A stretch of 64,000 bases of DNA from contig NC_091989.1 of NCBI RefSeq assembly GCF_044704955.1, positions 74,214,001-74,278,000 on the forward strand, written 5' to 3'. The position numbers were made by a program, and so were the translations under genes. Within the stretch, counting starts at the first letter, position 1; each line of letters starts with the position of its first letter. The DNA comes from Pristiophorus japonicus. Lineage: Eukaryota. A model generated the notes under the pieces. It had not been told where the DNA came from and did not search any database. It was given only the letters and a program-made list of their open reading frames with translations. Shown in pieces: positions 24,500-37,263 of the stretch.

Positions 24500-25384
24500 T
24501 GTAATGTATTTGCTTTATGGGTTCTTTGCTTAAGAATTCATAGCAACACATTACTATTAAGAACTAGTTGGTTTATTAGCAAAGGGTTGAACAATCACAC
24601 AACACATTACCAGTTCATCCACCAGGCTCACAACCACCTGCCTCATCATGGATCCCCTGAATCCAACTGGCTGGGGTTTTATTGAGTCTTGTGAACATCA
24701 CATGACTGGCTAAGCCATTCCCAACTCAACAACTCTTTTGTTGCAAATAAATAAACATTAAATCAAGTACCCCCTTAGGCAACAGCTCGACAACTCTTTT
24801 AATAGGAGACAAAATTAACCAGTTAAGTCAAGTGCCCCCCAATCTGGAGGACACTCCAAACATTTTTCAACTGCCCTTTTTTTGGGTTTTTTTGACTTTT
24901 TTTTGTTGTTTTTTTTTGTGATTTTTTTTTTTTGGGCAATAAAATCATAAATCTTTACAAGTGCCCCCTATAAAAGGGGAGGGGGACACTCAAAATCCAG
25001 CAATAAACAAATTAAACTTTAAAACATGTAAAATCAAATTAAAATTTGGTTGCCGGGGGTGATGATGCACTCCAGTCCCTCCAGCGCCCACCTCTCATGG
25101 AAGGCCGCGAGCGTACCGGTGGACACCGCGTGCTCCATCTCCAAGGACACCCTGGCACGGATGTACGCGCGGAACGACTCCCTCGACCGCCCGCTGCCTG
25201 GACCGGCTGATGACACCCTTGGCCATGCCCAGGAGCAGTCCTATGAGGAGGCCCTCGGACCTACCCGCTCCCCTCCACACAGGGTGCCCAAAGATCAGGA
25301 GTGTGGGACTGAAGTGCAACCAGAAATTGAGGAGCCTCCCAACTCAACAGCTCTGCAAACCTGTGAGCAGGTGCATACATTACA
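24500..25384 (-). mobile_element. Solo LTR interrupted by a Tx1-like LINE
   Basis: Perfect 10-bp terminal inverted repeat TGTAATGTAT...ATACATTACA; 5-bp TSD gtagg/atagg. Confidence 0.82.
24737..25336 (-). mobile_element. Tx1/L1-clade LINE 3' fragment
   Basis: ORF2-like C-terminus FRAYIRARVSLEMEHAVSTGTLAAFHERWALEGLECIITPGNQILI*; A-rich tail; 18-bp TSD tcccaactcaaca(a/g)ctct. Confidence 0.78.
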
Positions 25385-25519
25385 ATAGGATTACATTCAA
25401 GAGTGGAAAAAAAACACTACAGCCAGGTAATCAAACTTCAAGCACAGAGGAAGTAGAGGATGAACTCATGAAAGGAGCGCAAGTGTGTGCAGACCTTTTC
25501 CCTCAATGTCATCACCATG

Positions 25520-26058
25520 CGCAGCGCCCCATTTTTGCCACGGAGAAAAATTTCGGGAGTGCCCCCTGAAGCTGCGCTGGGCGATGCCAGCGACAGCTTC
25601 AGGGGGCGCTTACCGGGTTGTAGACTGCTTGCGGGGTGAAATTTAACGTGGAGGTGGGGAATTGTGAAAAAAAATGGCCACCTTCAGGTTGGATCAGGGG
25701 TCCATGCCGTGATCTTGCAGCCCGGCACTCTGCTTGCGTACCGGGCTGCTGCCACGGCACCCGCTCCTCTGGGGTCCAGGTAGGGTTGGCAGCTTACCCC
25801 TCCCCTTTAATGAAGGGGAGGGCCCTGTCTATGCGGCAGCGCTGCGCCCCCCAGCACGTAGCGCTGCGCCCCTCACTGAGTCCTTCCGTCCCGCTCGCGC
25901 CCCATAGAGCCGGTGGAGCGCGATATTTTGCACCCCTCTTGCTCTCGGGGGCGGTAACCCGAATATAGGTCGCAGGGCGGGACTTCCGCGCCTGCCGCAG
26001 GAACTCCTGCCTCGTGGCTGTTACCGCCCCCAGACGGTACGCTACGCAATTCCGCCCC
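25520..26058. mobile_element. GC-rich MITE fragment, one terminus only
   Basis: CpG-rich; ends gcaattccgcccc, resembling the family B TIR. Confidence 0.5.
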
Positions 26059-26404
26059 CTAGGACTTGCTGTGTTTCGGGCATTTCTATTTTTAAAATAC
26101 CTGAAGTAATTTTGTTACTGTCCATTAGAGAGGAAATTGCGTTCCCATTTGTGTGGATAGATTCAGTCCCAGAACCCAGAGATATTTGTGGCTATTAGAA
26201 CGTCTGTTTTGGTGCATTGCATCGCACCTCCTTTGCCCATATTTATGTATTGTAGCAGTTTGCGACTGTTGCACATGTTAATGATTTTGTGCTGACAATG
26301 CTAAAGATTCACAAATGTAGTCTGCATGTTAATCTATGAAAAGAAAGGCAAGGAAAGTCCATCAAACCCACCACAGCCAGACAACAGTGAACCCTCGTAC
26401 ACAG

Positions 26405-26755
26405 GGGTACAATAGCATAGTGGTTATGTTACTGGACGAGTAATCCAGAGCCCTGGACTAGATCCAGAGACGCCAGTTCAAATCCCACCTCAGCAGCTGG
26501 GGAACTTAAATTTAGTTAATTCAATAAATCTGGAATGAAACAAAAGTCAGTAATAGTGACCTTGAAATGACTGTATTGTCATAAAAACCCATCTGGTTCA
26601 CTAATGTCCTTCAAAGGAAATCTGCTGTCTTACCCGGTATGGCCTGTACGTGAGCCCGGGCCCACAACAATGTGCTCTCTGAATTGGTGACTCACCACCA
26701 CCACCTCAATTAATGCTGGCCTTGCCAGCGACGCCCACATCCAGTGAATGAATTG
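26405..26755 (+). mobile_element. tRNA-head SINE (shark family)
   Basis: tagcatagtggttatgttactggac...gttcaaatccc; tail ccagcgacgcccacatcc..tgaatgaat. Confidence 0.75.
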
Positions 26756-26913
26756 AAAAAAAAAATTACTGATCCACCCCTAAACCACACAATCTTGTGG
26801 GAGAGTGAGAAAACCAGAGGGAAAAAAACGATGTCAAATTCCGGAAAGTTCCGCAAATGCTAAGTTAAAGAGTAGAGCAGGTACCCTGTAACTTGTCATT
26901 ATCACAACCAACA

Positions 26914-26966
26914 CTCTATATCTATATCTATATCTATATCTATATCTATATCTATATCTATATCTA
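26914..26966. repeat. (TCTATA)n microsatellite
   Basis: About 8-9 tandem units visible. Confidence 0.95.
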
Positions 26967-27620
26967 ACTAGAAATATATTTGTCTCTCAGCAACATGTCA
27001 GGTTCTCTTTTAAAAAGGACTGTAGCAATTCCCTGTCAACGCGTGTCTCAGCACTTTTTCAGAAGGTAGTGACGATGTGTGAAGTGCTTTATGGCAATTT
27101 ATGGATTTTATAGGATGCCTTCTAGACCTATAATCCACCGAAAGGGCCCAAGTTTCGGGCCGTGCCTAAAACTGCGCAGCCCGGACCTGGATGCCCGTTT
27201 TTCGCGCCAGAAAGTGCACCTAAAAAAAACTTACCCATTTTCCGGCTCACTGGAGGCCTCTGGAGCTGGGCGCGGCGCAGCACGAGCTGTAGGGGGCGGA
27301 GCCAGGTTCCTGCACTGAAAACAGTGCCGGGACCTCTGCACATGCGTGCTGCAATGGGCGCGCATGCGCAATAGCTCCAGGTGCCCAAAACTCTGTGGGA
27401 GGGGCCCGAAGCACGCAGCTCCTAGCCCTGGCCGAATGGCCTCACTGGGGCTGCGTGCATAAGGCTCCACCCATCCGACCGGACCCTCCCCCTGGCGACC
27501 TGACCTCCGCGACTCTCTTTCCCCCCCCGCCCCACCGGACCTCCGCGACCTGCCCCAAGACCCGGCGCCACCTACCTGTAAATCCAGCCCGAGGTCTTGG
27601 GCCCGGCCGTTCAGCCTCCT

Positions 27621-28056
27621 NNNNNNNNNNNNNNNNNNNNNNNNNNNNNNNNNNNNNNNNNNNNNNNNNNNNNNNNNNNNNNNNNNNNNNNNNNNNNNNN
27701 NNNNNNNNNNNNNNNNNNNNNNNNNNNNNNNNNNNNNNNNNNNNNNNNNNNNNNNNNNNNNNNNNNNNNNNNNNNNNNNNNNNNNNNNNNNNNNNNNNNN
27801 NNNNNNNNNNNNNNNNNNNNNNNNNNNNNNNNNNNNNNNNNNNNNNNNNNNNNNNNNNNNNNNNNNNNNNNNNNNNNNNNNNNNNNNNNNNNNNNNNNNN
27901 NNNNNNNNNNNNNNNNNNNNNNNNNNNNNNNNNNNNNNNNNNNNNNNNNNNNNNNNNNNNNNNNNNNNNNNNNNNNNNNNNNNNNNNNNNNNNNNNNNNN
28001 NNNNNNNNNNNNNNNNNNNNNNNNNNNNNNNNNNNNNNNNNNNNNNNNNNNNNNNN
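27621..28056. other. Assembly gap (436 N)
   Basis: Run of N. Confidence 1.
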
Positions 28057-29460
28057 CTCCTCTCTCCTTCACCCCCTCCCCTCTCCCTCCCTCCCCTCTC
28101 TCCTCAACCCCTCCCCTCCCTCCCCTCTCTCCTTCACCCCCTCCCCTCCCTCCCCTCTCTCCTTCACCCCCTCCCTCCCCTCTCTCCTTCACCCCCTCCC
28201 CTCTCTCCTTCACCCCCTCCCCTCTCTCCTTCACCCCCTCCCCTCTCTCCTTCACCCCCTCCCCTCTCTCCTTCACCCCCTCCCCTCCCTCCCCTCTCTC
28301 CTTCATCCCCTCCCCTCCCTCCCCTCTCTCCTTCACCCCCTCCCCTCCCTCCCCTCTCTCCTTCACCCCCTCCCCTCCCTCCCCTCTCTCCTTCACCCCC
28401 TCCCCTCCCTCCCCTCTCTCCTTCACCCCCTCCCCTCCCTCCCCTCCCTCCTTCACCCCCTCCCCTCCCTCCCCTCTCTCCTTCACCCCCTCCCCTCCCT
28501 CCCCTCTCTCCTTCACCCCCTCCCCTCCCTCCCCTCTCTCCTTCACCCCCTCCCCTCCCTCCCCTCTCTCCTTCACCCCCTCCCCTCCCTCCCCTCTCTC
28601 CTTCACCCCCTCCCCTCCCTCCCCTCTCTCCTTCACCCCCTCCCCTCCCCTCTCTCCCCTCTCTCCTTCACCCCCTCCCCTCTCTCCCCTCTCTCCTTCA
28701 CCCCCTCCCCTCCCTCCCCTCTCTCCTTCACCCCCTCCCCTCCCTCCCCTCTCTCCTTCACCCCCTCCCCTCCCTCCCCTCTCTCCTTCACCCCCTCCCC
28801 TCCCTCCCCTCTCTCCTTCACCCCCTCCCCTCCCTCCCCTCTCTCCTTCACCCCCTCCCCTCCCTCCCCTCTCTCCTTCACCCCCTCCCCTCCCTCCCCT
28901 CTCTCCTTCACCCCCTCCCCTCCCTCCCCTCTCTCCTTCACCCCCTCCCCTCCCTCCCCTCTCTCCTTCACCCCCTCCCCCTCCCTCCTCTCTCCTTCAC
29001 CCCCTCCCTCCTCTCTCCTCTCTCCTTCACCCCCTCCCCCTCCCTCTTCTCTCCTCTCTCCTTCACCCCCTCCCCCTCCCTCTTCTCTCCTCTCTCCTTC
29101 ACCCCCTCCCCCTCCCTCTTCTCTCCTCTCTCCTTCACCCCCTCCCCCTCCCTCTTCTCTCCTCTCTCCTTCACCCCCTCCCCCTCCCTCTTCTCTCCTC
29201 TCTCCTTCACCCCCTCCCCCTCCCTCTTCTCTCCTCTCTCCTTCACCCCCTTCCCCTCCCTCTTCTCTCCTCTCTCCTTCACCCCCTCCCCCTCCCCCTC
29301 CCTCTTCTCTCCTCTCTCCTTCACCCCCTCCCTCCTCTCTCCTCTCTCCTTCACCCCCTCCCCCTCCCTCCTCTCTCCTCTCTCCTTCACCCCCTCCCCC
29401 TCCCTCTTCTCTCCTCTCTCCTTCACCCCCTCCCCCTCCCTCCTCTCTCCTTCACCCCCC
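28057..29460. repeat. Polypyrimidine minisatellite (21-, 30- and ~36-bp units built on CTCTCTCCTTCACCCCCTCCC)
   Basis: Directly visible tandem array. Confidence 0.97.
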
Positions 29461-30299
29461 CAGCTGTCAGAAACACAGACACTGACAGACAGTGTGAGAG
29501 AGACATACACACAGATAGACAGAGAGATAGAGACACACTGGGGGGGCCATCCCAGCATGCTGTTGGAGGACTCCCGGTGCTGCAGTCGGTAAGTAGAAAA
29601 TGTTTTATTTATTGATTTAAAAAAAAAAAAAAAAATTTATTTATTAATTTTTTTTGATTGATTTATTGGTTGATTTATTGATGTATTTATCATTTATTAT
29701 TGATGATGGCTCTTTATTTGTAAAACTGAAGTGTTTAATGTTTGTAAACTTCCCTTTAAACCCCTCCCCATTCTCTACGCCTAATTTGTAACCTATGCCT
29801 GATTTTCTAAAGTGTAGACAAGGTTTTTTCAAACTACAAAAATCTTCACTTACTCTATTCTAAGTTAGTTTGGAGTAAGTTTTCACTGCCTAAACTTTGA
29901 AAACAGGCGTAAGTAGCTGCACACGCCCCCTTTTGGAAAAAAAATTTCTGTTCCAAAGTGAAACTATTCTAACTGACTAGAACTGGAGCAAACTAAATGC
30001 CGAGAATTCAAATTTCTAAGATACTCCATTCTAAACCGGTTGCTCCAAAAAAACAGGAGCAACTCAGGCCGAAACTTGGCCCCAAAGTAACCAGTCTAAG
30101 TCCAATCCCTTCATTTTAACAACCTCAAGCCTGCCCCTTCTTCGGCCGCATTTCTCTAAAGAACATGGTCCAAATTCTTGAAGCCTGTCCTCATTACTGA
30201 GGGCTCTAAGGTAAGATATCTTTCTCGTTATCCTACACTTTCTATAGAGGCTTGATATCCTTCATATGCACTGACTGTAACTGAATACTAATAATGCAA

Positions 30300-30740
30300 G
30301 TCGTGGTTCAGTGGGTAGCACTCTTGAGTCAGAAGGTTGTGGGTTCAAGTCCTGCTCCACAGACCTGAGCACAGAATCCGGGCTGTCACTCTAGTGCAGG
30401 ACTGAGAGTGTGCTGACTGTTGGAGGTGCAGTCTTTCGAATGAGACATTAAACTACGGCCCCGTCTACTCTCTCGGGTGGACATAAAAGAACCCGTGGCA
30501 CTATTTTGAAGATGAGCAGGGGAGTTCTCTCCGGTGTCCTGGGGCCAATATTTATCCCTCAACCAACATCACTTTTAAAAAAAAAAATGTTTATCTGTTC
30601 ATTCTATTGCTGTTTGTGGGAGCTTGCTGTGTGCAAATTGGCTGTAGCGTTTCCTACATTACAACAGTGACTACACTTCAAAAAGTACTTCTTTGGCTGT
30701 ACAGCAATTTGGGACGTCCTGGGGTCGTGAATGGGACTAT
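30300..30740 (+). mobile_element. DeuSINE (SacSINE1-like), near full length
   Basis: tRNA head (gtggttcagtgg; ggttcaagtcc), Deu-like core, L2-like tail ctatataaatgtaagtctttc. Confidence 0.82.
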
Positions 30741-31929
30741 ATAAATGTAAGTCTTTCTTCAATTTGTACTTGGAGCAGTGCAACCTAAAATTATTTTCTG
30801 ATCCTGTTGGTCACTTTGCACTTCTTTAATGAATGGTCACCTACTGACTCCAGGTCTCTCGATCCACTAACTGGTACCTCTGCATGATATAAGCATGCCT
30901 CACTTGGAGTTGGTATCCCTTCCATCTGCTTCACTTCCTGGTGGATCTAACCTCGCACGTGCCTATACATATACAGGCGTATCCTGCGCAAACTTTCCCT
31001 CTTTGTTCTCACACATACAACTGTTACATACTGCTGATGTATGTAAAACATTCGTCTGTATCTGACTAAACTTCTTTAACATTTGAACTTGGACTTGGCA
31101 CTTTCTCAGTTTTGAAGACTCTTTTGTTAAACCTGTACTGCTCCTCCTCGGCCCTTGTCTCGTTTTTGCCAAACTTTCCCCTCTCTCTGGTGTTAAAAGC
31201 ACAATCTTTACACAATTTCACAAACTATAAGGCCCTTTGCCCCAAATATTCCAATGCCTGACCAATCAAGATAACTCACTGCATGTATTTGTGTTTAGGA
31301 CGCAATCACCTTAAACAGACATACTTTAAGAACTTATGAGCAGATTTTTACTATTTGACAATGAACAGGCTTATTAGCTGATAAACTCCTTTTCCTTTCC
31401 CAGCCTTAAATAGCGATAAACCATGTACCAAATAAAATTGGGTTTCCATTCGGTCACTCCTTGATCTTACCCAGGCATTATAACTCATCCATTATCTCTA
31501 AACTTTGACAACCTTGGTCTACCAGTTTCGGGCATTGATTGGAGCCAGCTGGAAGAGTTGTTTGTTCGAAGAGTCAGAACTTCTCAGAATGTTTAGCAAT
31601 AATCTTGACATTTCCCTGAGTTCAGCAAGGCAGTTAAAACATCATTTGTAAGACGAGTTTTATGATATTACGTGACAGTTACATTTTTCACATTCTTTTT
31701 CATTAGATTAGACACTCGTTAGATAAGTTGCCTTTCATGTTGTCCAAGTGAAGCTATTGGTTAAACTTTCCTGTGGGGGAAAAAAAACCTAGCATTGTTT
31801 GACGTGCCTCACTTGAATGACCCCTCCGACTGGATGGTTGCAGAGCAGCATTGATGCTGTGGGCAGAACCATTGGCAAATGGTGACAAAAGGGAGAGAAT
31901 TTGAAGAGAGGAATTTTATGATCGCTATA

Positions 31930-32450
31930 TTATCTCTCACTTTTTATACTCTGACTTTTTCTTATCTTTAGGGTACTAGTTTTTCTACTCCATCCCTTCT
32001 GCCTTCCTCCGTACTGGTTTAAAGTTCTTTCTACAGCCCTATTTATCCTTTCCACTAGGATCTTGATTTCAGCCTGATTCAGGTACAGCTCGCCCTCATG
32101 GTACAGTTCCTTCCTGTCCCAGTACTGGTGCCAGCGTCCCGTGAAAAGGAAACACCCTGCACATTTACTTCCCTGATCTGTTGGTCCCAATGCCAATTAG
32201 CATGTCCGGTAGTAATCCGGAGATTTTACCCCCTCGCGCCTCCCAAAGCTCCTGATACTCCCTACGCAGAGCCTCTTCCCCGTTCCTTCCCATGTCATTG
32301 GTTCCGACATGAATCACACAACTGGTGCTTTCTCTTTTTTTTCCCCCCAAGTTCCTTTCCAACTACTTTTGAGACATCCCTTATCCTGGCATTGTGTAGG
32401 TGACACACCCTTCTGGGCTCTCGATGGTGACTGTGGAGAATTCCCTTTTT
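31930..32450 (-). mobile_element. CR1 ORF1 (esterase-like) fragment, degraded
   Basis: VIHVGTNDMGR motif; ...RWHQYWDRKELY..G.LYLN... Confidence 0.65.
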
Positions 32451-32776
32451 CCTGTTAGACAGGACCAGGTTCTGCGTTCCTCCTTCCGTGTCTCTACTAA
32501 GTTTCCTGACCCTGCTTACTGCCTTTATTATCTCTCACTTTTTATACTCTGATCTCTGAATATGAAAGTAAACTAGCAAGAGACATAAAAACTGATTGTA
32601 AATGTTTCCAAAAGTATGTAAATAGAAAGAGATTAGTGAAATTAAACGTGGGCCCATTAGAGGCAGTGACAGGAGAAATTATAATGGGAAATAAGGAAAT
32701 GGCAGAGACATTAAATAGGAACCAAGGGTCCAGAGAGAATGAGGAACTTAAAGAAATCAGAGTAAGTAAAGACAAG

Positions 32777-35638
32777 GGGCTAGAACTTGAACTTTTGTGC
32801 TTATCCCCAAAAATAGGCGTTATTTCCAACGTGGGCGTTAAAAAAGGGTTTTCAGATCACCGATTTCTCGCCCATTCTCAAAACATTTAGTTTCCATTTT
32901 TGAAAATGGGCGTTACCGTGAGCGATATCAAATGGGTGGTAGCATTAAATTTTTTGACCTTCTACCATAAAGTATGGCCGTCCTTAGCAACGGCATGGCA
33001 ACGCTCGATTCCTGCGATTCAGGAGGTCATGGGTCATCATGACATGCGCAGATGAGGAGACAGAGAGAGGGAGCTCAGAGGCACTGAAAGCATGTGCGGC
33101 TGTGGTGTGTGCCTGTCTGGCTGTTGTGGGAGGAATGATGGAGATTCATCAGTAGCAAAAAGCCTACTAAGCACCAAGAACATAGTTGGCACCGAGTTTT
33201 TGTCCAATAAATAAGATATAACATGGAAGGGATGGAGGAGGCCCTGGAGCTAGTAGCCAGGAACACTGGTGGCAGAGGGCTCCCAGTGGTCCCGGAGCGT
33301 CGCACTGCACCCCAAGGTGCCGTACCCCCATTGCCAACCACACGAGAGCCAGCAGCAATATCTTGCTTCTGGCTCGGAGTACGTTCCCACCTCGGGACCG
33401 TCGTCTCCCATATCCGTCCAAGCAGCGCTTTGGCCGTCGCCCCATCTCCCCCAATGAAACATCGCCTAAGGACCTCCTCGGCCAGGCGGCTTGGAGTCAG
33501 GAGGGGTAGGGGTAGAGGTGGGGAAGAGAGGGGGGTGGGTGGGGGAGTGGGGAGTGTTGGTTTGTACAGAAATACTGATGATTTCAGACTAGTGTCTGGT
33601 TAAATGTTTTTTATTTAACAAAATCTTGTAGCACATTGGCTCCGATAGCTGCACCATTACATGCTGATGATTCCTTTACATCAAAGGGTATCATCACAAT
33701 TTCATAAATCAACTTAAACTTTAACTGTACCAAGGTGATGCCCACCATTGATGTATGACCTGCACACCCAGCAGTTTGTCAGCCTTGTAAATAACACACA
33801 TGTTCTTTCAGGCAAAGCGATCATTGATGAGCTCCTGACGTAAGGCTCTTGCAGCTATGATGCCACCATGTGCCCTTTCATGCGATCTACAGGGGGACGT
33901 GGGAACGGCTTCACCGTCAGCATGAATGTCTGGGCCGATGTCAGCATCCGCTTTCTCATCCTCCTCTTCCTCTCTCTGGTGAGGTGGACTGTCAGATTCA
34001 TCAGGCAATTCTTGTCCCCTCCTGATAGCCAAGTTGTGCAGCATGGAGCACACCACCACGAATTGAGCTACCTGCTCAAGGTGGTATTGGAGCTCGTTTC
34101 CTGAGTGGTCCAGACATCTAAAGCGCTGCTTCAGCACTCCAATGGTTTTCTCTACGATGTTGCGAGTTGCTCTGTGGCTCTCATTATATCGCCTCTCAGC
34201 TTCCGTTATGGGTGTCACACAGAGGGGTCATCAGCCAGGTGGCAAGGCCATATCCTTAGTCACCAAGCCTCCAGCATTGACCTTGTGGCTCATTGTTAAA
34301 CAAGTCCAATACAGTGCTCTCTCGCAGGATGTGAGCATCATGGATGCTGCTCGGAAATTGAGCATTCACTGCCAGTATAATTTGCTGGTGCTCGACAACC
34401 AGTTGGACATTCAGGGAGTGGAGTCCCCTGCGGTTCCTGAAAACCTCAGCATCCCGAAAAAGTGCCTGCATCGCATTGTGTGTACAGTCTATTGCTCCCT
34501 GCACCTTGGGGAAGTTTGCAATTCACTCTGTGCCTCCCTGGTCATAGGGAAGCTGATCAAGTCCCCTCCTGCGTGTGTACAGGGCTTCAGTGACCTGTCT
34601 AATGCAGCGATGTGTGGCATGCTGAGAAAGTCCGCAAATATCTCCAGCTGTGGCCTGAAAACAACCTGAGGCGTAGAATGACAGTGCCGCAGTGACTTTG
34701 ATCTCGACGGACAGTGCAGTTCTGATGGTGCTGGCAGGCTGCAGATCTGCCCTTATCAGCTGGCATACCTCAGTGATAACCTCTTTGTGGAAGCGCAGTC
34801 TCCGAAGGCAGGTGGTGTCGGGCAAGTGGAGGTAAGAATGCTTCTCCATGTACTTGTGGGGGGTGTAACATCTTGTCCTCCTCGTCTGTCACGTCTTACA
34901 TTGGGCACATAATGCAGTGGAGCGTTCCTTCGACGATGTTGAATCTGCTGCATGTAATTGGTCAGCAAGAGAGGGTGAGAAAGGACAGGCCCCATTGCAG
35001 TAGCTCTCTGTTTTCCACCGATTGGTCACAAACGAGGAATGTCCCGACGAAATCACTTCTTCAATTCCAATTGGTCACAGTGCGGTCAAGATGTTTTTAG
35101 ATGTTCACATCAACTCCCTGCAGAGTACATCCGAACTCCGCCGAGGTTCAAGCAAAGCAGCCTTTTAAAGGACGCGACATGTGATCTAGAACATGGCGTC
35201 CATAACGCTGTGATTCGTTCTGGTTAGTTCCACTTTTTGTGGGCGGTTTTTTGGGCGAGCGATATTGTGGGCGATATGTGTGCGAGGTGGTGAAATTGAT
35301 GCAGGGCGATTTCATTGCCGCTAGTTTCGGTAAATATGCTCTTTACGACAAAAAAAGTGAGCGGGCATTAATATTTAATCTCGCCGTTAAATCTGTGGAA
35401 AATAACGCTGAGTAATATCATGAGCGTTGCATCTGCTGATTCCGCCCAAAAAAAGTGGCTGGGCGGTAATATATTTTCCCGCGTTAAGCACATGGGGAAA
35501 TTAACGCTCGGCGATAAGTTTCCGAAAAATGCCTGGCAGTTTCCATTTTGGGCCAAAATGGGCGATATATTGGCGTTATACGTCATTTCAGCGGTTAAAT
35601 GGGCATTAAGCAGGAAAAAAAAGTGGGGGTTCTAGCCC
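32777..35638. mobile_element. PIF/Harbinger DNA transposon, internally deleted and decayed
   Basis: 10-bp TIR GGGCTAGAAC / GTTCTAGCCC; carries a transposase pseudogene; the CR1 host sequence resumes on both sides. Confidence 0.9.
33808..34995 (-). pseudogene. Harbinger (HARBI1-like DDE) transposase pseudogene
   Basis: RRLRFHKEVITEVC, AALSFYASG, GAIDCTH, HSLNVQLV, HDAHILRES, HRATRNIVEKTIGVLKQRFRCLD, MLHNLA; several frameshifts. Confidence 0.92.
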
Positions 35639-37263
35639 ATAGTACTGGAGAAATTAAAGTGACCAGGTGGTGACAAATCCCCTGTACCTGATAACCTGCA
35701 TTCTAGGGCTTTAAAGGAGGTAGCTGCAGAGATAGTGGATGCATGGTATTAATCTTCCAGAATTCCCCAGAAACTAGAGCAGTCCCCAAGGATTGGAGGG
35801 TAGCAAACATAACCTCACTGTTGAAGAAAGGAGGAAGAGAAAAAAACGGGGAATTATAGGCCAGTTAACCTGACATCAGTCGTAGGCAAAATGCTAGAAT
35901 CTATTATTAGGGATGTAGTAACAGGACACTTAGAAAATCGTAATATGATTTCACCTGGTTTTATGAAGGGGAAATAGTGTTTGACAAATTTTAATTTTTC
36001 AAAGATGTAACTAGTAGGACGGATATGGGGAAACTAATGGATGTAGTGTATGGATCTTCAAAAAGCATTCGATAAGATGCCCCACGAGGTTATTACACAA
36101 AATTAGGACTCATGGGATTGGCGATAATATATTGGCATGGATTGAGGATTAGTTAATGGTCAGAGAATGGAGAGTAGGAATAAACAGAATATTTTCGGGC
36201 TGGCAGGCTGTAACTAGCGGGGTACCACAAGGATCAGTGCTGGGGTTCTCAGCTATTTACAATCTATAATTAATTACTTCGATGAAGGGGCTGAGTGTAA
36301 TGTATCTTAAGTTTTCTAATTATATAAAGTTAGGTGGGAGGAGGCTGCAGAGAGATTGACTGAGTGAGTGGGCAAGAACATGGCAAATGGAATACAATGC
36401 GAGGAAGTGTGAAGTTATCCACTTTTGTAGGAAAAACAAAAAAGCAGAATATTGTTTGAATGGTGAGAGACTGGGAAATATTTGCATTCAGAGGGACCTG
36501 GGTGCCCTTGTACATGAATCACAGAAAGTTAACATGCAGGTACAGCAAGCAATCAGGAAACCTAATGGTATGTTCGCTTTTGTTACAAAGGGATTAGAAT
36601 ATGAGAATAAAGAAGTCTTACTACAATTATACAGGGTGTTGGTGAGGCTACACCTGGAGTACTGTGTACAGTTCTTGTCTCGTTACCTAAGGAAAGACAT
36701 ACTTGCTTTGGGAGTGCATCAAAGGCTTACTAGACTGGTTCCTGGGATAAGGGGATTGCCCTACGAGAAGAGATTGAGTAGATTAGGCCTATATTCCCTA
36801 GAAGAATGAGAGGAGATCGAATTGAAACATATAAAATTCTTAAGGGGCTTGACAGGGTTAATGCTGAGAAAATGTTTCCCCTGGCTGGGGAACTTAGAAC
36901 ACGGGGACTAAGGGCTCAATTTTCCCCAATGCTGTTTTTTGGCATATTGCAAGAGTTACGCCCGTTTCTTTTGGCCCCAACTACTCCAAAAAAAAAACTT
37001 GCCAGTTTCCACGTTCTATTTTTTGAAATTGGCACCACGCAGCCTGTCCTTTAGCTTCGGAGCGGTGAAGACTATTGTCTGCGTCAAAAAAAAAGATTTC
37101 CTTCCACTTCTGCGCATGTGCAAAAAAAAAATGACATTTTTGATGTGACTGCTATGGGCGCGCATGCCCAGTACAGCTCCCGGTCTGCATTCGGCCATTT
37201 TTAAAGAGCCATTGTGTGTGAGAACTTTAATTCTCAGTGGGAAAACCGGAGCTGCAATACAAT

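Larger units (their letters stand above)
27144..30083. mobile_element. Harbinger-type MITE family A with AAA TSD and an expanded CT-rich core
   Basis: aaa|GGGCCCAAGTTTCGG ... CCGAAACTTGGCCCC|aaa. Confidence 0.9.
32545..36910 (+). mobile_element. CR1 LINE fragment split by a Harbinger element
   Basis: NVGPLEAVTGEIIMGNKEMAETLN at 32636, resuming at 35639 through VRLHLEYCVQF and MRGDRIETYKILKG. Confidence 0.88.

Noticed and set aside
27395-29615. Long 672-696 aa Pro/Ser/Leu-rich ORFs and Gly/Glu-rich antisense ORFs
   Set aside because: They read through an N gap and a stop-free CT minisatellite inside a MITE; not genes.
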